Assembly: GCA_046350775.1 (NCBI GenBank)
Contig: JAXLZS010000001.1
Location: 481,838-545,837 of the forward strand
DNA from: Minisyncoccota bacterium
Lineage (GTDB): Bacteria; Patescibacteriota; Minisyncoccia; Phycocordibacterales; UBA5272
Length of the DNA: 64,000 bases
Direction of reading: 5' to 3'
The notes beneath the pieces were generated by a model that did not search any database, was not told the DNA's origin, and saw nothing but the letters and a program-made list of their open reading frames with translations. The translations under genes were made by a program, and so were the position numbers. The first letter of the stretch is position 1, and every line of letters starts with the position of its first letter. Below are positions 56,446-64,000 of the stretch, one piece after another.

Positions 56446-56652
56446 TTAGAGAGGCTTTACTTCTAAATGGACGCCTCTTTTCATACAGCTGGTACAGATC
56501 TTTACTCTTGGACCATTTGGAATACGAGCCCATTGTAGATTTGGATATTTTCTTCTTTTACCACAAGGGTTGAATTTGGTAGCACGAACAGAGTTGGAGT
56601 ATTTTCCTACAACTTTTGTTCCTTTTAGACATGATGGGCAGATATTTGACAT
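56446..56652 (-). CDS. rpmB: 50S ribosomal protein L28 (Zn-ribbon form)
   Basis: CPSC…C…KRRKYPNLQWARI…CTSC matches L28 (C-x2-C … KRRWNPNLQ … C-x2-C). Confidence 0.8.
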   Translation of the reverse strand: MSNICPSCLKGTKVVGKYSNSVRATKFNPCGKRRKYPNLQWARIPNGPRVKICTSCMKRGVHLEVKPL

Positions 56653-56740
56653 AGATTTGATTTCTTAATATTCGAACATATTAACATAAAAATCTATTTT
56701 TTGCAAAGTTTAAGGAGACAATTTGAGTTATTCACAGAAT

Positions 56741-56835
56741 TTTTTATAAAAGACTTGTCTTTTATAATATGTCGTTTATAATTAAAACAAGGGTGCTAAG
56801 ACTAAAGTCTTTTTGGTCTTAGCATTTTTGTTTTA
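56741..56835 (+). promoter_or_regulatory. Promoter/leader module 1: TTGTCT-16nt-TATAAT promoter-like segment, then aacaagggtgct and a hairpin (ctaagactaaagtctttttggtcttag) plus T-run, ~30 nt before the ATG of the BNR-repeat gene
   Basis: A 47-nt segment, tttttataaaagacttgtcttttataat(a/g)tgtcgtttataat, is almost identical to 60617-60663. It is followed by a structurally analogous but sequence-different hairpin+U-run. Confidence 0.5.
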
Positions 56836-56866
56836 AAATCTCAATTTATTAAATAACTTTATATAT

Positions 56867-59068
56867 ATGAATATTACAATTAATTTAAAGAAAATAGCAT
56901 TATTTAGTGTTTTTTCTTTTGTTTTATTATTTAATTTATCATCTGTAGCTTTTGCGGCTAATGGGTGGACTATACAAACAGGAGCTGGTCAACATGCTTG
57001 GCATTCTATAACTTCTTCTTCCGACGGCACAAAGCTTGCAGCTGTAGATATTAATGGTTACATATACACTTCCACAGACTCAGGTGTCACCTGGACAGAG
57101 CAGACAGGATCAGGACAACGTGCCTGGTATACTATTGTATCATCATCTGATGGAACAAAATTAGCAGTTACAGATTCTAACAATGGTTACATATATACTT
57201 CTACCGACAGCGGTGTCACATGGACGCAACAAATAGGATCAGGACAAAGAAATTGGTATTTTATTACTTCCTCTGCAGACGGCACTAAACTAGCCGCTAC
57301 TAGTATGAGTGGTAATATTTACACTTCCACAGACTCAGGTGTCACCTGGACAGAGCAGACAGGATCAGGCTCGCATTATTGGTTTTCTATTACCTCATCA
57401 TCTGATGGTACAAAATTAGCTGCAGTGTCACGTTATGGCTATATTTACACTTCCACAGACAGCGGCGTAACCTGGACAGAGCAGACAGGATCAGGACAAC
57501 GTATTTGGCAAGATATAGCCTCTTCTGCTGATGGTACAAAGTTGGTAGCGGTAACAGACAGTAACGGATACATATATACTTCTAACGATAGTGGTGTCAC
57601 CTGGACAGAGCAGACAGGATCAGGACAATATTCCTGGAACGCTGTTAGCTCCTCTGCTGATGGTACCAAATTGGCTGCTCTTGTTTCAGAGGGTTATATG
57701 TATTTATCTAATGACAGCGGCGTCACTTGGACAGAGCAGACAAATGTTGGTCAACATGGTTGGTATTCTATAACTTCTTCAGCCGACGGTACAAGATTAG
57801 CCGCCCCAGTAATTAATAACTATATTTATACTTATGGAGAACTTGGAGCTCCAAGAGTTAATTTAATAGCAGCTTCTATTTCTGGCTCTAATTCTATTTC
57901 ATTAAGTGCTTTTTCTACAACAGAAAGTACAATTAGAGGTTTTGAATATGGTTTAACAGCCAGCTACGGTTCTTCAACAGAAGAAACTGGGGATCTTGGT
58001 GTAGGTATATTTACAGCTAATTTGATAGGGCTAGAAAATAATAGAATCTATCATTATAGAGCTTATGTTATGAATTCTGCTGGAACAACTTATACGTCTG
58101 ATAACACCATTCTTCTTCGATATCAATCTTGGACAGAGCAGACAGGATCAGGACAACACACCTGGGTATCTATAGCCTCATCTGCAGATGGTACAAAATT
58201 AGCAGCAGTGGATTCTGCTAACGGATACATTTACACTTCCACAGACTCAGGTGTCACTTGGACAGAGCAGACAGGATCAGGACAACGTTCTTGGAGATCA
58301 ATTACTTCCTCTTCTGACGGTACAAAACTAGCGGCAATAGATCAAGGTGGGTATGTCTACACTTCCACAGACTCTGGAGTAACATGGACAGAGCAGACAG
58401 GATCAGGACAAAAAATGTGGACTTCGATAACATCTTCTGCTGATGGTGTAAAATTGGCAGCAACTGTAGCTTTAGATGGATACATTTACACTTCCACAGA
58501 CTCTGGAATAACTTGGACAGAGCAGGTAAATTCTGGACAGTATAATTGGCAGACAATTAGTTCTTCAGAAGATGGAACAACAATTATTGCTGCAGCGACT
58601 GATCCTTGCGGAGGATGTATGGGCTTCGGATATGTATCTATTTCAAAAGATAGTGGTCTTACTTGGACAGCCCAAGAGTCAATAGGTTCTCATTCATGGT
58701 CTTCAGTATCTTCTTCTGCTGACGGAACAAAATTGGTCGCGGTAAACGGTGGTTTTGGTTATGTTTACACTTCTACAGATGGTGGCACAACATGGACAGA
58801 GCAAACTGGTTCTGGAGATCGTAATTGGCACGCTATCACTTCATCTTCGGATGGAACTAAATTAGCTTTAGTGGACGGGGAATATGTATACACATCTAAT
58901 GATGGCGGCATAACCTGGGTACAAAATCTAGGGTCCACTCAACATAATTGGTTTTCTATAACTTCTTCATCTGATGGTACAAAATTAGCCGCCGGAACAT
59001 CTAATGATTATATACATACTTACAAAAACGACTTTCCCCAAGCCCAAAACGTATCAGTAGAATATTAA
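56867..59068 (+). CDS. Secreted BNR/Asp-box repeat (beta-propeller-type) protein, 733 aa, with a central inserted domain
   Basis: Signal peptide, then ~13 repeats of ~42-45 aa, each ending YIYTSTDSGVTWTEQTGSGQ (Asp-box S-x-D-x-G-x-T-W). The non-repeat insert at ~57830-58120 interrupts the repeats. Confidence 0.75.
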   Translation: MNITINLKKIALFSVFSFVLLFNLSSVAFAANGWTIQTGAGQHAWHSITSSSDGTKLAAVDINGYIYTSTDSGVTWTEQTGSGQRAWYTIVSSSDGTKLAVTDSNNGYIYTSTDSGVTWTQQIGSGQRNWYFITSSADGTKLAATSMSGNIYTSTDSGVTWTEQTGSGSHYWFSITSSSDGTKLAAVSRYGYIYTSTDSGVTWTEQTGSGQRIWQDIASSADGTKLVAVTDSNGYIYTSNDSGVTWTEQTGSGQYSWNAVSSSADGTKLAALVSEGYMYLSNDSGVTWTEQTNVGQHGWYSITSSADGTRLAAPVINNYIYTYGELGAPRVNLIAASISGSNSISLSAFSTTESTIRGFEYGLTASYGSSTEETGDLGVGIFTANLIGLENNRIYHYRAYVMNSAGTTYTSDNTILLRYQSWTEQTGSGQHTWVSIASSADGTKLAAVDSANGYIYTSTDSGVTWTEQTGSGQRSWRSITSSSDGTKLAAIDQGGYVYTSTDSGVTWTEQTGSGQKMWTSITSSADGVKLAATVALDGYIYTSTDSGITWTEQVNSGQYNWQTISSSEDGTTIIAAATDPCGGCMGFGYVSISKDSGLTWTAQESIGSHSWSSVSSSADGTKLVAVNGGFGYVYTSTDGGTTWTEQTGSGDRNWHAITSSSDGTKLALVDGEYVYTSNDGGITWVQNLGSTQHNWFSITSSSDGTKLAAGTSNDYIHTYKNDFPQAQNVSVEY

Positions 59069-59094
59069 TGATATAATAATCAAATAATAAAAAT

Positions 59095-59820
59095 ATGAAA
59101 AAAATAATCACATCAATAATATTTCTATTCATGCTAACCGTGAGTATAAATATGGTAAAAGCTACAGTCATACCTGTAGGCACATCAATAACTGGTCAGT
59201 ATACATATTATGACCCAGAAGGAGATCTGGAAGGTCAATCATTATTTCAATGGTATAGAGATGGTGTAGCTATAGACGGAGCTACTTATAGATCCTACAC
59301 AATAACATCTCAAGATGTTGGTCATACGCTTGTCTTTGAAGTGACACCTGTCTCATTGACCGGTATCTCTCCTGGAGAGCCAATCAGAAGTGAAGGTATC
59401 GCAATCACCGCACAATCTGCTGGAAATAGTGGTGGTGGAGGATCTTCTGGTGGAGGTATGATATCAGTAATCGTACCAGCTAGCACCTCTACACCAGTCA
59501 TTACTTTTTTGACATCTGGGGCTACAACTTCTTCTACTACAGTAGTTATTAATAACAATTCAAATCTAGGTGGTATCATCTCACAGATTGCTAGAACGTT
59601 AAAATATGGCATGTCAGGTGTAGATGTGAAAGCTCTTCAAATATATCTAAATACTAATGGATATATAGTAGCTAAATCAGGAGCAGGATCACCTGGTCAT
59701 GAGACTAACTATTTTGGTCTTGCTACTAAAGCTGCAGTCATGAGATTCCAAAAAGCTAATAAGATCACTCCTGTTTCAGGTCTCGTTGGCCCTTTAACAA
59801 GAGCGGTGATTAATAAATAG
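59095..59820 (+). CDS. Secreted protein with N-terminal Ig-like/beta domain, Gly/Ser/Thr linker and C-terminal peptidoglycan-binding (PG_binding_1-like) domain
   Basis: Signal peptide. C-terminal LKYGMSGVDVKALQIYLNTNGY…ATKAAVMRFQKANKITPVSGLVGPLTRAVIN matches the PG-binding helical repeat pattern. Confidence 0.65.
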   Translation: MKKIITSIIFLFMLTVSINMVKATVIPVGTSITGQYTYYDPEGDLEGQSLFQWYRDGVAIDGATYRSYTITSQDVGHTLVFEVTPVSLTGISPGEPIRSEGIAITAQSAGNSGGGGSSGGGMISVIVPASTSTPVITFLTSGATTSSTTVVINNNSNLGGIISQIARTLKYGMSGVDVKALQIYLNTNGYIVAKSGAGSPGHETNYFGLATKAAVMRFQKANKITPVSGLVGPLTRAVINK

Positions 59821-59844
59821 ATATCTATTTACAAATAAATAAAT

Positions 59845-59870
59845 AAAAACCATCCGAGAGGGTGGTTTTT
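59845..59870. terminator. Intrinsic terminator (aaaaaccatccgagagggtggttttt)
   Basis: Stem CCATCC / GGTGG(T) with flanking A/T runs, directly after the 59095-59820 gene. Confidence 0.65.
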
Positions 59871-59890
59871 ATGATATTATTAATAATATT

Positions 59891-60592
59891 ATGATAACTT
59901 CAATATTTTTTATAATAATTCTCTTTTATTCTATAGTTTTTCATGAGATTGCTCATGGATATGCAGCTTATAGAAATGGCGATATGACAGCTTTTAATGC
60001 TGGTCGCCTAACGCTCAATCCATTAAGACATATTGATATGATTGGGTCTATTATAGTACCCATAATTTCTTATTTTGCTTTTAATTTTGCTTTTGGTTGG
60101 GCAAAGCCAGTACCGTACAATCCTGAAAATATAAAACATAAAAAATATGGTGAATTGGAGGTGGCTTCAGCTGGAATAATTATTAATCTTTTTATTGCTG
60201 GACTAGCTATTTTAATATTTTATATTTTAAAAGGACAATTTTTAATAAATTCTGCTGTGGCAAATATCTTAATACTTACTACTACCATCAATTTATTTTT
60301 AGCTTTGTTTAATCTTTTACCATTTCCACCAGCTGATGGATTTTCTATATTTTCTGAGCTTTTCACACACATTAGATCTTTTTATGTCAATATAAAAAAT
60401 AAATTTAGTAAAAAGAAGATATACGAGGCAAATTATATAAATAATAATCCTATAAGAAATAAATCTTTTTATATAAAATCATTGTTTTCTAATCCTTTTA
60501 TGATGATAGTCATAATATTTGTAGCGGTAAATGTGTTTAGTCTGCTTGTGCCATTCGTCTTGTCTTTTATAAATTATTTATATTCTTTTTAA
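59891..60592 (+). CDS. Peptidase M50-like (site-2 protease family) small polytopic membrane metalloprotease
   Basis: HEIAHGYAAY (HExxH within a TM) and LLPFPPADG (M50 NxxPxxxLDG-like) motifs; 233 aa with multiple TMs. Confidence 0.65.
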   Translation: MITSIFFIIILFYSIVFHEIAHGYAAYRNGDMTAFNAGRLTLNPLRHIDMIGSIIVPIISYFAFNFAFGWAKPVPYNPENIKHKKYGELEVASAGIIINLFIAGLAILIFYILKGQFLINSAVANILILTTTINLFLALFNLLPFPPADGFSIFSELFTHIRSFYVNIKNKFSKKKIYEANYINNNPIRNKSFYIKSLFSNPFMMIVIIFVAVNVFSLLVPFVLSFINYLYSF

Positions 60593-60616
60593 TTTGTCTT
60601 TTAGTTATCCACACAT

Positions 60617-60712
60617 CTTTTTATAAAAGACTTGTCTTTTATAATGTGTCGTTTATAATATATACATATAAGCAAGGGTCGCTCAACTTTATAGTTGGCG
60701 ACTTTTGTTTTT
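60617..60712 (+). promoter_or_regulatory. Promoter/leader module 2 (paralogous to 56741-56835): same 47-nt promoter-like segment, then caagggtcgct and a hairpin (caactttatagttg within gtcgctcaac…gttggcgac) plus T-run, 15 nt before the ATG of the giant repeat gene
   Basis: Near-identity of the first ~47 nt with module 1. The hairpin differs in sequence but keeps the stem + U-run architecture. A perfect DnaA-box sequence TTATCCACA lies just upstream at 60605-60613. Confidence 0.5.
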
Positions 60713-60726
60713 ATGAATTATTAATT

Positions 60727-63700
60727 ATGAAAAAAATATTAAAACTAATCATAAATACATTTTTAGTTTTTTCACTATTGTTTTCTTTTTCTTTTGCGGC
60801 AATTAATGATTCTTCTTCTGCCAGTCTTTGGGATAAAATCTCTGTGCGTGTATATTGTGGACTTAATAATATTTTAAACATTACCAATCTATGTAAAAGT
60901 AAAGAACAATCTGTTAAAAGTAAAAGCACTTATTCTATAAACTCTTCTGTTATTTCTATAGCTACATCTACTCCTACGACTACATTATCATCAAAGCCTC
61001 TCACTTGGAATTATGTACCAGTAGCCAATAATAATGTAAACAATCTTGTTGGTCCGCAAGGACCACAAGGCCCAGCCGGACCTCCTGGTCCACCAGGTCC
61101 TGTAGCTACTTCTTCTTGGGTTAATTATGTACCTGTGCAAGGACCACCAGGCCCAGCCGGCCCCCAAGGTCCAGCTGGACCTGCTGGCGGAGGAGGTTCT
61201 GCTTCTACTACTAATTCTATTCTTAGTGCGACAAATCTACTTACTTCAATAGTGAATGGAGAAGTGTCTACAACTTCAATAATAAATTCAAATATCGCCT
61301 CATCATCAAACAATCTTCTTCAGACCATTGTGAATGGTGTCTACTCTAATACAATATCTATAATATTTTCAAATGATCTTTCTTTTGATGGGAATATCTT
61401 AACTTCTTCTGTAAATGGCGTATCAACAAGTACGGATTTGTCATCATTGAGACCAAAATGGTATGCGGAAAATATTGATGCACCGACCGTTTCTCCTACT
61501 TCTACAGGTGTAGGGTCTATTGCTCTTGGTGATGGAGCTCAAGCTTTGTCTGATAATATGTTTGTCTATGGAAATAATGCTGGGGTTGATGCTATAAACG
61601 CGAATAATTCAAACTTTGTAGGAAATAATGCTGGAGCTAGTTCTACACGTGCTAGCAACTCAAACTTTTTAGGATATAATTCTGGATATGAAGCGACAGA
61701 TGCATACAACTCAAATTTCTTAGGATATCAATCAGGAAAAAATGCTACAAATGCATCTTATTCAAACTTTTTTGGTGCTAATTCTGGCTCTCAAGCTTCT
61801 GAGGCTAGCTATTCAAACTTTTTTGGTCAATTTTCTGGCTACAATGCTACATATGCTAGTTTATCAAACTTTTTAGGAGTAAGTGCTGGAGAATCAGCTA
61901 CATATGCAAATAACTCAAACTTTTTTGGCCAGCAAGCTGGATATGGAGCGGCAGGTGCTTATAGTTCAAATTTCTTTGGTATGTATGCAGGAATTTTAGC
62001 CGGAAACGCATATAGATCAAACTTTTTAGGTGAAAATGCTGGATACATGGCAACAAATGCATATATGTCAAACTTTTTAGGTAGAAACGCTGGAAATGGT
62101 GCTACCGGGTCAAGTAACTCAAACTTTTTAGGCAATGGTGCAGGTCTTGTAGCTAATAATGCGTATCAGTCAAATTTTCTTGGAAATGCAGCAGGTCTTA
62201 GAGCTTACAATGCATTTCATTCAAATTTTTTAGGATATGAAGCTGGAAAAGATGCTCAAAATGCAAACAACTCTTTCTTTGTAGGAAGAGACGCTGGATA
62301 TTTAGCTCCAAATGCTTCTTATTCTAATTTTTTCGGTTCAAATTCTGGCCTTGGTGCTACAAATGCAAACAATTCAAACTTTATGGGCCAAGGCTCAGGT
62401 CAAGGTGCTGTAAATGCAAATAATTCAAACTTTTTTGGTTGGGGTGCTGGATTTTCGGCTGAGAATGCTATAAATTCTAATTTCTTAGGTAGCTTTTCTG
62501 GAGCTTACGCTCCATACGCTTCAAGCTCAAACTTTTTAGGGTATTATTCTGGATATGGGGCAACAACCGGAAACAATTCAAACTTTTTTGGATATCAATC
62601 AGGTTATCAAGCTACAAATGCAAACAATTCAAACTTTTTGGGATATGGTTCTGGATATGAGGCTGTAGTCGCTTCAAGCTCTAACTTTTTAGGATATCAA
62701 TCCGGATATAAAGCAACAACCGGAAACAATTCAAACTTTTTTGGATATCAATCAGGTTATCAAGCTACAAATGCAAACAATTCAAACTTCTTTGGTCAAG
62801 GAGCTGGAAATGGAGCTGCAAGTGCATACAACTCTACTTTTATAGGAAATAATGCAGGATATGGTGCAACTTATGGAACTCGCTCTACATTTATAGGTCA
62901 AGAAGCTGGATATCAAGCTGGAGCTAATTCTGATTATGATGGTGATAACACTAGCCAGTATTTTGATTCTAATTTTATAGGATACCAATCTGGCTACCAA
63001 GCTACAAATTCTTATAACTCAAACTTTTTAGGTTTTAAATCTGGCTATCAAGCATCAAGCGCTAATAACTCTAACTTTTTTGGTAACAGTACTGGTTTTG
63101 GAGCCACAAATGCAAATAACTCTAATTTTTTAGGAACTGGTGCTGGCTATCAAGCAACAAGCGCATATGATTCTAATTTTTTAGGACAAAATGCTGGCAA
63201 TGCTGCCGCAAATGCAAATAACTCTGTATTTTTTGGTAATCAATCTGGAGATGGGGCTGCGAATTCAAATAATTCAAACTTCTTTGGAAGACTATCTGGT
63301 TATACAGCTATAAATGCATACAACTCTAACTTCTTTGGACAAAGTGCTGGATATGGTGCAACAAATTCTCACCTTTCTAACTTTTTAGGTTATAGTGCTG
63401 GCTATGGTGCGACGGACGCTCACGATTCCAATTTCTTAGGAGATTCAGCTGGTTATCAAGCAACATCCGCTTTCTTTTCTAACTTCTTTGGTCAAAATGC
63501 TGGATCTGGTGCGTACAATGCAGTCAGCTCAAACTTCTTAGGAAACAGTTCTGGTTTTAATGCTTATGGTGCAGAATATTCAAACTTCTTAGGTTATAGA
63601 GCTGGATATGTTGCAGTAAGTGCCGACTATTCAAACTTCTTAGGTTATAGCGCTGGCTATGGTGCGACAAACGCCAACTATTCCAACTTTTTTGGATCAA

Positions 63701-64000
63701 ATGCTGGAAATGGAGCATCCAATGCTTCATATTCAAATATCTTTGGCTATAAAGCAGGACAAACATTTACAGGTAATAACATAGGTACAAATAATATAAT
63801 AATAGGTACCAATATTTCTCTACCAGATGCGACAGCTAATGCTATAAATATCGGCGGAGTACTATTTGGTAGTGGAACATATGCGACTACTACAGGCGAC
63901 CCAATCATTACCCCAGTCTCTAACGGAAAAATTGGTATCGGAGTAGTATCGCCTGCATATACACTAGATGTAGGAAATAGTTCTGTATCTGGAGTAGTAG
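60727..64000 (+). CDS. Giant secreted fibrous surface protein (partial; no stop in window): signal peptide, collagen-like G-x-y tracts, then ~42 tandem 17-aa repeats (consensus SNF[LF]GxxAGYxATNAxN), then a distinct C-terminal-ward region
   Basis: ATG at 60727 (MKKILKLIINTFLVFSLLFSFSFAA…). GPQGPQGPAGPPGPPGP at ~61054-61105 and QGPPGPAGPQGPAGPAGGGG at ~61138-61195. Uninterrupted plus-strand reading frame to the window end. It is absent from the ORF track because it is unterminated, and the minus-strand track ORFs inside it are artefacts. Confidence 0.8.
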   Translation, partial: MKKILKLIINTFLVFSLLFSFSFAAINDSSSASLWDKISVRVYCGLNNILNITNLCKSKEQSVKSKSTYSINSSVISIATSTPTTTLSSKPLTWNYVPVANNNVNNLVGPQGPQGPAGPPGPPGPVATSSWVNYVPVQGPPGPAGPQGPAGPAGGGGSASTTNSILSATNLLTSIVNGEVSTTSIINSNIASSSNNLLQTIVNGVYSNTISIIFSNDLSFDGNILTSSVNGVSTSTDLSSLRPKWYAENIDAPTVSPTSTGVGSIALGDGAQALSDNMFVYGNNAGVDAINANNSNFVGNNAGASSTRASNSNFLGYNSGYEATDAYNSNFLGYQSGKNATNASYSNFFGANSGSQASEASYSNFFGQFSGYNATYASLSNFLGVSAGESATYANNSNFFGQQAGYGAAGAYSSNFFGMYAGILAGNAYRSNFLGENAGYMATNAYMSNFLGRNAGNGATGSSNSNFLGNGAGLVANNAYQSNFLGNAAGLRAYNAFHSNFLGYEAGKDAQNANNSFFVGRDAGYLAPNASYSNFFGSNSGLGATNANNSNFMGQGSGQGAVNANNSNFFGWGAGFSAENAINSNFLGSFSGAYAPYASSSNFLGYYSGYGATTGNNSNFFGYQSGYQATNANNSNFLGYGSGYEAVVASSSNFLGYQSGYKATTGNNSNFFGYQSGYQATNANNSNFFGQGAGNGAASAYNSTFIGNNAGYGATYGTRSTFIGQEAGYQAGANSDYDGDNTSQYFDSNFIGYQSGYQATNSYNSNFLGFKSGYQASSANNSNFFGNSTGFGATNANNSNFLGTGAGYQATSAYDSNFLGQNAGNAAANANNSVFFGNQSGDGAANSNNSNFFGRLSGYTAINAYNSNFFGQSAGYGATNSHLSNFLGYSAGYGATDAHDSNFLGDSAGYQATSAFFSNFFGQNAGSGAYNAVSSNFLGNSSGFNAYGAEYSNFLGYRAGYVAVSADYSNFLGYSAGYGATNANYSNFFGSNAGNGASNASYSNIFGYKAGQTFTGNNIGTNNIIIGTNISLPDATANAINIGGVLFGSGTYATTTGDPIITPVSNGKIGIGVVSPAYTLDVGNSSVSGVV
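61565..63770 (+). repeat. Tandem array of ~42 imperfect 51-nt repeats encoding the 17-aa units of the giant protein; includes an exact higher-order ~150-nt duplication (62521-62670 vs 62671-62820)
   Basis: Periodic recurrence of tcaaactttttagg / tcaaacttttttgg every 51 nt. The identical stretch ttttttggatatcaatcaggttatcaagctacaaatgcaaacaattcaaac occurs at ~62581 and ~62731. Confidence 0.85.

Noticed and set aside
61125-63000. Short minus-strand track ORFs (61125-61313, 62782-63000) within the giant repeat gene
   Set aside because: They fall inside a continuous, highly periodic plus-strand ORF. The apparent GPxG-rich minus ORF is simply the antisense of the collagen-like tract.
1-64000. Alternative genetic code (UGA recoded, as in some reduced-genome lineages or Mollicutes)
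   Set aside because: Long housekeeping ORFs are intact under the standard code. The one split gene (VirB4) is interrupted by TAA, not TGA.
1-64000. CRISPR array / cas genes / restriction-modification or toxin-antitoxin defence islands
   Set aside because: No short direct repeats with unique spacers and no Cas-like or DNA-methyltransferase-like proteins were recognised. The tandem repeats present are protein-coding (BNR, 17-aa array).

Overview
This is an AT-rich (roughly 30% GC) bacterial chromosomal segment that begins inside dnaA, in the origin-proximal arrangement dnaA(-) / rpmH-rnpA-yidC(+). ORFs are long and intact under the standard genetic code, so there is no sign of UGA recoding. 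The small housekeeping genes, split comEC and many N/K/S-rich secreted hypotheticals suggest a reduced-genome organism, possibly a CPR/Patescibacteria-like bacterium; that attribution is an inference. Three blocks stand out. First, at 2.1-17.3 kb on the minus strand, directly after yidC, there is a Gram-positive-type (PrgH-I-J-K-like) type IV secretion-like cluster: a VirB6-like polytopic protein, a PrgI/VirB3-like protein, a VirB4 ATPase split into two ORFs, a bifunctional lysozyme(GH24-like)+M15 peptidase cell-wall hydrolase, a VirB2/TrbC-like small two-TM protein and several large secreted proteins, with no coupling protein, relaxase or VirB11 seen. Second, a housekeeping stretch (rsmA, pcrA, LysM-M23 peptidase, NUDIX, comM, rpsO, xer recombinase, xth, pgk, tpiA-like, rnhA, recJ, cca, tRNA-Arg/Gly/Pro, RNase P RNA, ung, rny, clpP, hup, tig, ppa, nusA, comEC in two pieces, rpmB). 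Third, at 56.7-64 kb, a surface-protein neighbourhood: a 733-aa secreted BNR/Asp-box repeat protein, a PG-binding-domain protein, an M50-like protease and a giant partial ORF with a collagen-like G-x-y tract followed by about 42 tandem 17-aa (51-nt) repeats. Both repeat-protein genes are preceded by the same promoter/leader-hairpin module. Additional non-coding signals are a family of three ~56-nt palindromic GC-core elements at gene 3' ends, an iteron-like palindromic motif array upstream of ung, and a ~920-bp non-coding region containing a long perfect inverted repeat and repeated TTGTC-N-TTATAA motifs.
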